A stretch of 64,000 nt of DNA from Nibricoccus sp. (GCA_047602425.1 JASGHG010000001.1:5024001-5088000); one strand, 5' to 3'; positions 29,596-38,314 are shown, numbered from the stretch's first letter. The notes: generated by a model not told the origin, from the letters alone. A program made the numbers and translations.

Positions 29596-30432
29596 ATGAA
29601 ACTACGATTTCTCGTTATTGTGCTCGCATCAGTTTTGTCACTTGCAGTCGCGCGGGCCGACGTGCCTCAGCTCGCGAAGCTCAAAGCTGCGGCCGAGGCC
29701 GGAGACCCACAGGCTCAATACAATTTTGCCAAAACATTTGGTCCACTCGGCGCTGATTGGACTAAATGGCTGTCAGCCTCAGCCGCGCAAGGCTTCGGAC
29801 CCGCAGAAGACGAACTAGCGTGGACATCCAATTGGGCGATATTTAAGATAACGTTTCCAGACGCAAAAATGCGCAATATTCATTTGAAGAACAACAGCGC
29901 GAAAATGCGCCAAGCGCTGCTCTACGCGAGTTCTGCCGCTGACAAAGGGTTTGGACGGTCTCGTCTGATTTTAGCCATGGCTTATGCCAATGGTTATGGC
30001 GTTCAACAGGACATGGTGGAGGCCTACAAGTGGGCTAAACTTTCTGCCAGCACAGACCTTATCGCCAACGTCGTGGAATCATCAGAACGTGATCGGCTCT
30101 TGAAAACAATGCCGCTTCAACAAGTGAAGGAAGGCGAAGCCCGCGCGGCACTCTTTCGACCGGGAAATACCGCGCAAGAGATCTACCGCGCCATGGTAGT
30201 TCCTCATTTGAAGCTGATAGGAGCCGTATCAAGCAACGGCGAGATCCCGGGCACGGCGATTGTCTCAGGAAAAACGATCAAGGTCGGCGAAGAGAAGCAA
30301 ATCGACATCAACGGTCTCCCTGTTCGTATGCGCTGCATTCGCATAGAAAAAACCGGCGTCACGATCGCCCTGCTCCCAAGCGAAACCCAGTACCTTCTCC
30401 GTCCCAACGCCCCTGCCGAGATTATACGATAA
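29596..30432 (+). CDS. Exported Sel1-repeat protein with C-terminal beta domain
   Basis: Signal peptide, AAEAGDPQAQY, LAMAYANGYGVQQDMVEAYKW. Confidence 0.8.
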   Translation: MKLRFLVIVLASVLSLAVARADVPQLAKLKAAAEAGDPQAQYNFAKTFGPLGADWTKWLSASAAQGFGPAEDELAWTSNWAIFKITFPDAKMRNIHLKNNSAKMRQALLYASSAADKGFGRSRLILAMAYANGYGVQQDMVEAYKWAKLSASTDLIANVVESSERDRLLKTMPLQQVKEGEARAALFRPGNTAQEIYRAMVVPHLKLIGAVSSNGEIPGTAIVSGKTIKVGEEKQIDINGLPVRMRCIRIEKTGVTIALLPSETQYLLRPNAPAEIIR

Positions 30433-30475
30433 ATAAAAGCAACCTCATCGCTGAGGCCCGATACCTGAAAAGGTC

Positions 30476-31249
30476 ATGAAGATATTCACCGCACTTTTTC
30501 TGTTACTCCTGCTGAACGCCTGTAAGCCTAGCACGATGATCGAGAATTTCGCTGACGATGCGAAAGAGCAAATGGCACTGCATTATATACAGCGCTTGGT
30601 GGACAACGATACTACGGCACTGATCCAAGAACTTGATTCGTCACTGCGGTCAGGAAATGAGCTCTCCCAATTCGACCAGATGCGATCGCTCATTCCGGCG
30701 GGAAAACCAAATGTGACAAATCTAGTTGGATACAATTCCTTCAAATCCTCCGAGGTCCTGCGCTACAACCTGACGTACCAATTCGGCTACGGTTCAACGT
30801 GGATAGCCGTTAATGTCGCTTGGAACGAACTGCCCGACGGTAAATGTCAGATTATCGGAATGCACGTGTATCCCTTGACCGAACCTTTGCAGAAAACACA
30901 TGCGTTCAACTTTGCGCGGGCAACCTCGCGACATTACGTCTTTTTCGTCGCGGCAATCCTGCTGCCGATTTTCACCATCGCAACACTTGTGGTCTGCATC
31001 CGTACAAAACTGGCACGCCGCAAGTGGCTATGGATTTTGTTTATTCTTTTTGGTCTCGGACAAATTTCCATCAATTGGACTAACGGCCAGTGCGGATTCT
31101 GGTTGTTGTCCATTCTGCTGTTCAGTGGAAGCGCGACGGCATCCAGCATCTATTCGCCCTGGATTGTTTCATTTTCGCTCCCAATCGGCGCCGTCTTGTT
31201 TTGGATCTATCGCAAAAAACTAACCTCTTCGCCCGTTAGTTCGACGTGA
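30476..31249 (+). CDS. Putative lipoprotein with C-terminal membrane helices
   Basis: Lipobox-like LLNAC; KWLW followed by hydrophobic helices; lower GC. Confidence 0.7.
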   Translation: MKIFTALFLLLLLNACKPSTMIENFADDAKEQMALHYIQRLVDNDTTALIQELDSSLRSGNELSQFDQMRSLIPAGKPNVTNLVGYNSFKSSEVLRYNLTYQFGYGSTWIAVNVAWNELPDGKCQIIGMHVYPLTEPLQKTHAFNFARATSRHYVFFVAAILLPIFTIATLVVCIRTKLARRKWLWILFILFGLGQISINWTNGQCGFWLLSILLFSGSATASSIYSPWIVSFSLPIGAVLFWIYRKKLTSSPVSST

Positions 31250-31289
31250 TTTGTTGGGACGTGGAGGACTGATATAAACACCCTGCCCC

Positions 31290-31991
31290 ATGGACACCCT
31301 GCCTTTCATAAACCACATCTTCGTCGACTTTGAGAATGTGCATGAGGTCGATCTTTCGCTGATCGGCCAGAAGTCGATTCATGTCACCGTGCTCATGGGT
31401 GCGAAACAGACAAAGCTGGATGCCGCTCTTGTTGAAAAATTATTGCTGCATGCCGATTCGGTTCAGTTGGTTCGGCTGCTTGAATCAGGGCGCAATGCGA
31501 TCGACTTCGCCCTGGCTTACTATGTCGGCCGCGCGGCCACGCTCGATCCTTCTGGCTTTTTTCACATCATCTCCGGCGATACGGGCTACGACCCCTTGGT
31601 TGCCCACCTGCGTCGCAATCACGTGCGAGCACATCGTCACGATAGTTTTGCGGCTCTCAAAGAAATATTGGCCAACGGAAAATCTCCAGAGTCTCCGGCT
31701 ATGCCGTCGGCTCCCCCTTCACGCCCATTAGATCCGTCCTCGCTACCAACAAGCACGCCACCTGCCAAAAAGAAGAAATCTACGCTCTCTGAGCGCATTG
31801 CCCGGGTACTCGAATATTTACAGAGTCATCCCGATACCCGACCAACCACAGAAACGAGACTTGCGCATCATATGCCCTCGATGCTTGGCAACGGCGCCAC
31901 AGAGTCCGACGCCCAACAGGTGATCAAGTCACTTCGTGCCGCGAAGAAAATTTCGATCAGTGAAAAACGCCGGGTGACGTATCACCTGTGA
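31290..31991 (+). CDS. PIN/NYN-like domain protein with C-terminal helical (wHTH-like) domain
   Basis: IFVDFENV, GRNAIDFALAYYVG, IISGDTGYDPLV. Confidence 0.85.
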   Translation: MDTLPFINHIFVDFENVHEVDLSLIGQKSIHVTVLMGAKQTKLDAALVEKLLLHADSVQLVRLLESGRNAIDFALAYYVGRAATLDPSGFFHIISGDTGYDPLVAHLRRNHVRAHRHDSFAALKEILANGKSPESPAMPSAPPSRPLDPSSLPTSTPPAKKKKSTLSERIARVLEYLQSHPDTRPTTETRLAHHMPSMLGNGATESDAQQVIKSLRAAKKISISEKRRVTYHL

Positions 31992-32076
31992 CGGCTCGGC
32001 GGGGATTTATGGCAGCTTTCGATGGGTCGGGAGGCCGACACATTCGCCTGCAATTGTCCACCGTAGCAAAATCGGT

Positions 32077-32090
32077 GCGCCTGGTTCGGC
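32077..32090 (-). other. Possible partial attC (R'' half) directly after the stop codon
   Basis: Minus strand reads TGA-GCCGAAC-CAGGC-GC; no matching right half found. Confidence 0.35.
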
Positions 32091-32330
32091 TCAGATGGGA
32101 TCGTCACTCAGATTACGAATGCTAGCACCGAAAGCCTCTAATCCATGCTCGGTGATAAGCTTCTGGACCATCTTTAATTCGACCAAGTCGTTGGAAGCAT
32201 CGGCAACAGCATCTTCATCAGGCGAGCGCTCCACAATCTCACGCAAACGCTGCTCCTGCCCAAGCAAAGCCTTGAGCACGATTTTCGTCTGCCACTCCAG
32301 CAGCTCGATGTTTGTGGTCCGGTTAGTCAT
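32091..32330 (-). CDS. Small acidic helical protein, putative Tsi2-like immunity/antitoxin
   Basis: 79 aa, two predicted amphipathic helices, 4-nt overlap with the upstream toxin-like gene. Confidence 0.65.
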   Translation of the reverse strand: MTNRTTNIELLEWQTKIVLKALLGQEQRLREIVERSPDEDAVADASNDLVELKMVQKLITEHGLEAFGASIRNLSDDPI

Positions 32331-32701
32331 AGTGCTAGGTCAACCTTGAACGCCTTTTGCGCTCTAAGCGCAAGCTCCTCAAGCAGCCCTTTATACTTGG
32401 CCAGCGGCATCTCCAGCGTTGGCACCATCATAAAATGCCCTTGGGCATCATTGAATACCTTCAATCCCATCGGAACAAAAGTGTCCGCGGCAAATTTCCA
32501 CGCCCACCCCGTCAAACCTGCTTCCTTTAGTCCGTTGGCGTCATAAAGGCTGATTCCTTTGTTGTTGGCTCGAATCATCAGCACGCCGTTGCGATCATAA
32601 GTATCAATTTCGCTCGACCGTATGTGGCTCAATCGTGGACCTGACGAATTGCCGATGCGATACAGTTCCTCCGGAATTATATAGAATTCTCTTGGGTACA
32701 T
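32327..32701 (-). CDS. Tse2-like ADP-ribosyltransferase-fold toxin
   Basis: LYR, GISLYD, VPMGLKVFND, GHFMMVP..EM parallel the R-S-H motifs of Pseudomonas Tse2 as recalled. Confidence 0.75.
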   Translation of the reverse strand: MYPREFYIIPEELYRIGNSSGPRLSHIRSSEIDTYDRNGVLMIRANNKGISLYDANGLKEAGLTGWAWKFAADTFVPMGLKVFNDAQGHFMMVPTLEMPLAKYKGLLEELALRAQKAFKVDLAL

Positions 32702-32736
32702 ATTTGTTTGTTTTGGATGTTAGGTTGACGGTCAAA

Positions 32737-32803
32737 ATTTGACGAACCGAGCTCCACCGCCTGCGCCAACGTGAATTGCATGGAGTGCAGAATCCGGTTC
32801 GGC
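32737..32803 (-). other. Degenerate attC-like site (67 bp)
   Basis: Minus strand: GCCGAAC CGGAT TCTGCACTCCA...TGGAGCT CGGTTC GTCAAAT; each end is one mismatch from RYYYAAC / GTTRRRY. Confidence 0.5.
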
Positions 32804-33013
32804 ATGGACTGGTCAACTCCCTTTTCCGCAATGCATATTTTTGGCACTAATAATGTGATTTTTTACGTCCGCTAGGAGCATTTCCTCCAGCGATTTGGTT
32901 GCGTTATAAGCCATAGCGGACGAAGCCGGTAGTTAATACCGATTCAACCATCCTACCGTTTTTGACGGGGATAGCGGCGTAAATTTGCTCCTACAGTTTG
33001 ATCGAATGATCGT

Positions 33014-33120
33014 TGGTGGAGCGGCTTGACTCAAGACGCTGGTTTTAAATCGCGCCATCAAACCAACGCGTTGAGGTCTACCGAGCCGCAGGCGACATCA
33101 GACACGCGTTCCACCTCGGA
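33014..33120. repeat. GTGG-type REP-like element (family A, full form)
   Basis: GGTGGAGCGGCTTGACTCAAGACGCTGGTTT...AACCAACGCGTTGAGGTCTACCGA...GCGACATCAGACACGCGTTCCACCTCGGAG; same as 38110-38216. Confidence 0.9.
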
Positions 33121-33202
33121 GGAAAAATTTCCTGCGAGCGTGTTCCCACCGAAATTGGAATCCGGTATCTTTCCCTCCTTTCCCCCGTGCCTTCTCCAAC
33201 CC

Positions 33203-33234
33203 AAAGCCCGCCTGCGCGAGGGGCGCGGGCGGGC
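33203..33234 (-). terminator. GC-rich hairpin after the 33255-33926 gene
   Basis: 12-bp stem GCCCGCCCGCGC/GCGCAGGCGGGC with one mismatch, followed by a short TTT on the minus strand. Confidence 0.4.
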
Positions 33235-33254
33235 GGATGAGGATGGGTTTGGGT

Positions 33255-33926
33255 TTAGTTCGCGGAGGACGAGGGCGGAGTTGGCGGCTCGGACTTCTTC
33301 CGACGCGGGGCGCGTTCGGTATGGCTCGCGGTTTCCCAGGCGGCGATTTTCGCGGGCTGGTTTTTGTAGCGGTTGCGCACCGAGGTATCCAGGCTTTCCA
33401 CCAGATCCTTGCCGCGGGCGATGGCCAGACCGATCGCAGCGGTGTTTTCCACGCCTTCCGCGTTGTCGCTGGCGGTCTCGCTGTTTGCGTCGCCGATCTG
33501 CTGGACCAACGATTCCAGCTCCGTGATAATGTCCGCCGACATTTCGTAGGCCACGAATTTCGCCAGTCGGCCTTCGACCTTGAGTTCGCCGATCATTTTG
33601 AGCGCGGCCGCCAGGACTGCCGTCTGCGCGCTGTTGGCGGGCATGCGGAATTTGTCGGCCATGCCTGGTTCCTTCTTGTCGATTTCGCGGGCTGTACGGG
33701 CGAGATTTTTCATCTCGGCACGCAAGCTCGCGAGCTTGACTGCCTTCAGCGAAGTGCTGCCGCCTTTTTGCTCCCCGATGATTTGGTTGATTTCGGAAAT
33801 CACGCCTCCAACGGCTGCGAAATTCGCCGTCGCCAGGCTTCCGGGGGCAAAATCGGCCGCGTTGTCCTGCCCGTAGGTGGCCACCTGGCCAAACATATTG
33901 TAGCTTCTTACATGTTTATCATTCAT
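33255..33926 (-). CDS. Hypothetical all-alpha protein
   Basis: 223 aa, host-like codons, long amphipathic helices, basic Pro-rich tail. Confidence 0.85.
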   Translation of the reverse strand: MNDKHVRSYNMFGQVATYGQDNAADFAPGSLATANFAAVGGVISEINQIIGEQKGGSTSLKAVKLASLRAEMKNLARTAREIDKKEPGMADKFRMPANSAQTAVLAAALKMIGELKVEGRLAKFVAYEMSADIITELESLVQQIGDANSETASDNAEGVENTAAIGLAIARGKDLVESLDTSVRNRYKNQPAKIAAWETASHTERAPRRKKSEPPTPPSSSAN

Positions 33927-34406
33927 TTTCGTGTCGGTTGGTGTTGTGGCCCGCGTATTTGATGCGCCTCCCGCCGGACCTTTTCGAGAAGTGGTCGCGT
34001 GTATGCAGATCCACCCCGGTCAAAACAAGCCGAACTATCTACAATCCTCCATTTGACGCGGATTTTAAATTTTTTTGATGGTTTTAATCTCCGTTTTTGC
34101 ATCTGTCTTGCGGTTGTTTACCGCTATTGTTTGGTTTTTGCGTTTATTGAGGCTCGCGCGACGAATGGATATCCATGGAACTGCGAGGCGGAGCGTGACG
34201 TCCTCGGCGCGCTGGTTCGGGTGCTACGCGTAACTATCTGCGACGTTGCATCACCGCGTAGGGACACCGCGGTTCACCCGGGTCAGGCGACTACACGAGC
34301 CAAACAAGATTCTGTTTTTTGCCGTGCCACTTTCCTCTCGCGGATCTGACCGAGCCGAACGGTCATGCAGATACAGCCCGTCGAGCAGCATTGCGGAGCA
34401 AGCACC

Positions 34407-34827
34407 CGCCGGTGTACGTCTTTTGAGTGAGCGGCGTGGGCCAAAAGGTGCTTGGCACACGGTTTTGGCCATCGGCGCACAACTTTGGGCCGCCGGCGGA
34501 CTTCAAATCCTCATCGGTGCCCAGCTTTTGCTCATTGGCGCGAGCTAAAGGGTCGGCGGCGCAGACTTTTTGCTCATCGTTGCACGTAATAGGGACGTCG
34601 GTGCACGACCTTTTGTCAGCGAAACCACACTTCTGGTCGTTGGTGCACGCGAAATGGTCATGTGACGCAACCTTACGCCAGGCGGAACGCACCTTGGTTG
34701 CATCTGCCGCCACTGCGGGTGCGTCGGTGCATGCAAAATAGTCGGGGGTGCACAACATCGGGGCGATCTGACGCGACATTGGGCGCATCGGTGCAGACCA
34801 AATGGGCTTCGGTGCAGCACTTCGGAG
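34407..34827. repeat. Degenerate 21-nt tandem array, consensus CRTCGGTGCAC + about 10 variable nt
   Basis: In-phase units at 34407, 34470, 34491, 34512, 34533, 34554, 34575, 34596, 34638, 34722, 34743, then a +1 slip to 34786 and 34807. Confidence 0.85.
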
Positions 34828-34886
34828 CGGTTAAAAATACAGTGGGAACCGCTGATTTTCGCTAATGGCCGCTAATATCAGACCGG

Positions 34887-34960
34887 CTGTAGGAGCGGGT
34901 TTATCCCGCGATGGATTTAAGTGGCGAGAGATTCATCGCGGCGTAAAGCCGCTCCTACAG
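34887..34960. repeat. GTAG-type REP pair (family B)
   Basis: CTGTAGGAGCGGGTTTATCCCGCGAT inverted to ATCGCGGCGTAAAGCCGCTCCTACAG; halves also at 35538, 35776 and 41794. Confidence 0.9.
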
Positions 34961-34996
34961 TTTCGGTCGAACGATCGTTGGTGGAGCGGCTTGACC

Positions 34997-35355
34997 TCAA
35001 GACGCTGGTTTGGGCAGATGTCGTTTGGTCGCATCAAAACAGCAGGTAGGGTCGGACCGCCGGGCCGACCGTCAACGTCGCCCGCGTTTGGCCCTCGCAC
35101 AACCGGACGGCAAGGCTGGCCGTCCCTACCCTTCAAACATCGGCAACGTCCGAAGCGCGTTGAGACCCTCAAGACGCTGGTTCGTGCAGACGTCGTTTGG
35201 TCGCATCAAAACAGCAGGTAGGGTCGGACCGCCGGGCCGACCGTCAACGTCGCCCGCGTTTGGCCCTCGCACAACCGGACGGCCAAGGCTGGCCGTCCCT
35301 ACCCTTCAAACATCGGCAACGTCCGAAGCACGTTGAGACCCTCAAGACTCTGGTT
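34997..35355. repeat. Tandem duplication, 172-nt period, containing a GGTAGGG...CCCTACC REP pair
   Basis: GTCGTTTGGTCGCATCAAAACAGCAGGTAGGGTCGGACC... at 35020 and 35192, almost identical. Confidence 0.95.
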
Positions 35356-35394
35356 TGAGTGAATCCCACGCAAAATGTCGTTGATGTCGAACCA

Positions 35395-35880
35395 ACGCGT
35401 TCCACCTAGGAATATGATGCAGCCACACATCAGTGCCCACTAGTGAATATCAGTGGTTGAAAAATTCCGTAGACTTTTCCTCGTTAGCGTCAATTAGCGC
35501 AAATGAGCGGTTCAACTATTCCGTCGTTTTTCCGGAAATCGCGGCGTAAAGCCGCTCCTACAGTATCGGACAAAAACGATCTTCGGTCGAATCAACGCGT
35601 TGGGGTCTACCAAGCCGCAGGCGACATCAGACACGCGTTCCACCTAGGAATATGATGCAGCCACACATCAGTGCCCATTAGTGAATATCAGTGGTTGAAA
35701 AATTCCGTAGACTTTTCCTCGTTAGCGTCAATTAGCGCAAATGAGCGGTTCAACTATTCCGTCGTTTTTCCGGAAATCGCGGCGTAAAGCCGCTCCTACA
35801 GTATCGGACAAAAACGATCTTCGGTCGAACCAACGCGTTGAGGCTCCACATTAGCGCCAATTAGCGCAAATTAGCGGTTA
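35395..35880. repeat. Tandem duplication, 238-nt period, of a composite REP module
   Basis: CCACCTAGGAATATGATGCAGCCACACATCAGTG... at 35402 and 35640, almost identical for ~200 nt. Confidence 0.95.
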
Positions 35881-35916
35881 AATAATTCCGTCGGTTTGAT
35901 GGAAATCGCCGCGGCT

Positions 35917-37779
35917 TTAAGGCGCTTTGGCGGGGGCGGTGAGTTTTTTGCCGTCGGTCGCTGCGGTGGGGCCGGACGCGGAGGGCTCGACCGTCGCGGA
36001 GGTCAAACGGTGTTTCAGCTCGGCGTTTTCGCTGGCGATGGTGGCGAGCTGGCTTTGCGCCTGTTGAAGTTGTTCGCGCATGCTGGCGAGTTGGGCCGCC
36101 TTGAGGTCCGCGATTTCCTTGGCCAGGTCCGCATTGATGGCAGTGACGATCGCACCGCTCGTTTCGACGGTCTTCAGACGCTTGTTGAGTGCGTCCATTT
36201 GCTCACGCGCGTCGTTCGCGGCTTTGAGCGATTGGGCGAGCACCAGGTCCTTTTCGGCGGTGAGTTTTTGGATCTTGGCAGTAAGTTCGTTGTTGGCCGT
36301 GCGCAGGGCGGCCACGTCGGTGCCGGTCTTGGCGGATTGCGAGGAGGCTTCGGCAAGCTTGTTTTGGGTGCTGAGCAGTTCGGCTTTCGCTTCGGCGAGC
36401 TTCTTTTCGTAGGTGGCGAGTTGGGCGGCCAATTCGGCGGCGGTCTCTTTGTTCTGGTTCGCCAGGCGTTGGTTTTCGGCGGTCAGCTCTTTCAGGCTGG
36501 ACTCGGCCTTGGCCAGTTCGCTCTCGGTCGTTTTCAAACGGGTTTTCGCGGCGGTGAGTTCCGCGCCGGTTTCTTTTGCGGCGCCGCCGGCCGTCTCCAT
36601 CTGCTTTTTGAGCGAGTTGCGTTCCTTTTCAAGTTTCGCGGACTCCGCTTTCAGTTCGGCGATTTCCTCGGAATTTTTCGCGACCAGCGCGGTGCGCTCG
36701 GCCGTGGCCTTGGACATCGCCTGTTCCATTTTCTTCAGGCTGGCGGTAAGCGTTTCCACCTGTTCGCGCGCTTCGTTTGCGGCTTTGTCCGACTGCGCGA
36801 GCGCCTGGTCTTTTTCCTTGGCGAGTTTTTGTAGCTTGGCGTTGAGTTCGGTGTTGGCCGTGCGCAGGGCGGCGACGTCGGTGCCGGCTTTGGCGGATTG
36901 CGTGGAAGCTTCGGCGAGTTTGCCCTCGACGGTGCGGAGTTCGGCTTTCGCTTCGGCGAGCTTTTTCTCGTAAGCGGCCAGTTTCTCGGCCAGCGCGGCG
37001 GCGGTTTCTTTGTGCTGGTTCGTCAGGCGCTGGTTTTCCGCGCTCAGTTCCTTGCGGCTGGACTCGGATTTCGCGAGGTCGGTTTCGACGGACTTGAGCC
37101 GGGCGTTGGCGGCGTCGAGATCGGCGGCGAGCGTGGCCTTGGACTCTTTTGAGGAGTTGCTGGCGTCGGCGATCTGCTGCTTGAGGGCATTGCGCTCGCC
37201 CTCGAAGTTGGCGGCGGCGGCGCGCAGGTTGGAAATTTCGTTGGTGTATTTGGCGACGGTGGCGGCGAGTTCGTCGCGCTCGGCCTTCAATTTGTCGAGG
37301 GTGACCTGTTGGGTTTTTTCGAGCTCGGTCTTGAGCTGCTGGGTTTCTTTTTTCGCGGCGGTGAGATCGGCGCCGGTTTTGGCGAGCTCGTCCTTGATGG
37401 CGGTGTTGTCTGGTTTGCCTGCTGCGGCGACAGAGGGATTGCGGGCGGCGAATTCGGCGCGGCGCTGTTCGAGGAGTTTTTTTCCATCGGCGAGCTGGTC
37501 GGGCGTCAACTGGTTGGTGACGATCTTGTAGGCTTTGCCCGGCGCGCCGTTTTCGGCGGCGAGCGTGAACCAGACGTAGGCTTCGATGATACTGGACTGC
37601 GCCTCCTGGGGATTGGCGTACGCGAGGGCGAGATCGTATTGCGCGGCGCTGTCGCCCGCTTCGGCTTTGGCGCGCAGCTCGGCGAATCTTTCACCGCTGA
37701 TGGCGCGGGCGGGCAGAAGAGCCACGGTGGTGGCAAGACTGCCAAGGAGAAGGCATTTCACGAAACGATGGATATTCAT
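35917..37779 (-). CDS. Exported Sel1-repeat plus long coiled-coil protein
   Basis: Signal peptide, AEAGDSAAQYDLALAY...EAYVWFTLAA, heptad-rich body with a 187-aa internal duplication. Confidence 0.88.
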   Translation of the reverse strand: MNIHRFVKCLLLGSLATTVALLPARAISGERFAELRAKAEAGDSAAQYDLALAYANPQEAQSSIIEAYVWFTLAAENGAPGKAYKIVTNQLTPDQLADGKKLLEQRRAEFAARNPSVAAAGKPDNTAIKDELAKTGADLTAAKKETQQLKTELEKTQQVTLDKLKAERDELAATVAKYTNEISNLRAAAANFEGERNALKQQIADASNSSKESKATLAADLDAANARLKSVETDLAKSESSRKELSAENQRLTNQHKETAAALAEKLAAYEKKLAEAKAELRTVEGKLAEASTQSAKAGTDVAALRTANTELNAKLQKLAKEKDQALAQSDKAANEAREQVETLTASLKKMEQAMSKATAERTALVAKNSEEIAELKAESAKLEKERNSLKKQMETAGGAAKETGAELTAAKTRLKTTESELAKAESSLKELTAENQRLANQNKETAAELAAQLATYEKKLAEAKAELLSTQNKLAEASSQSAKTGTDVAALRTANNELTAKIQKLTAEKDLVLAQSLKAANDAREQMDALNKRLKTVETSGAIVTAINADLAKEIADLKAAQLASMREQLQQAQSQLATIASENAELKHRLTSATVEPSASGPTAATDGKKLTAPAKAP

Positions 37780-38109
37780 ACCGCGGGATCGGTTGAGCGA
37801 AAGATAAGGCCACAAACTCAAGCTGAATATCTGTAATCGGACCGCAGATGGAGACGATTAAGGCCATTTAACCGCGGCGATGTCGGCCGATCGGCGTAGT
37901 GGCTGGTTTCGAGTTACATACGCGGTTGCAATTGTAAAAGTGGTGCAGAGAGCGGGCGTGTGAGAATACGCGGTGAGCACGGGGCGAGTCGCCGGGTTGC
38001 TGAAGCGACGTCAAGGTCAGTACGTTTTGAAGATAGCGTGAATCAAACCAGCGGGCGGTTCGAACCGATTCAGCGGGCGGGCCCGCAGCACGGATGTTCT
38101 GCTATCTTC

Positions 38110-38216
38110 GGTGGAGCGGCTTGACTCAAGACGCTGGTTTGAAAATCGCGCAGTCGAACCAACGCGTTGAGGTCTACCGAACCAGAGCGACATCAGACAC
38201 GCGTTCCACCTCGGAG
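38110..38216. repeat. GTGG-type REP-like element (family A)
   Basis: Near-identical to 33014-33120. Confidence 0.9.
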
Positions 38217-38314
38217 TGCGATCATTCCATTTGCCCCTTCCGCCCAACTGCCCTCCGCTCCTAGCGTTTTATTGTGCGGTTTTAAATTCGGTGCCGTCTG
38301 TTATAACAAAAGCC

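Noticed and set aside
29531..31290. attC sites between the plus-strand island genes
   Set aside because: The short intergenic gaps lack RYYYAAC...GTTRRRY pairs or hairpins.
33999..34400. Extension of the 21-nt array further left, or a 116-aa ORF
   Set aside because: Core-like words occur (34202, 34241) but are out of phase, and the ORF has atypical composition; cannot be supported by eye.
34865..35336. ORFs within the REP mosaic (118 aa, 108 aa, 79 aa)
   Set aside because: Translations of palindromic repeats and their tandem copy; no coding signature.
34407..35900. CRISPR array
   Set aside because: The 21-nt units are too short and degenerate, the longer repeats are whole-unit duplications without unique spacers, and no cas genes are visible.
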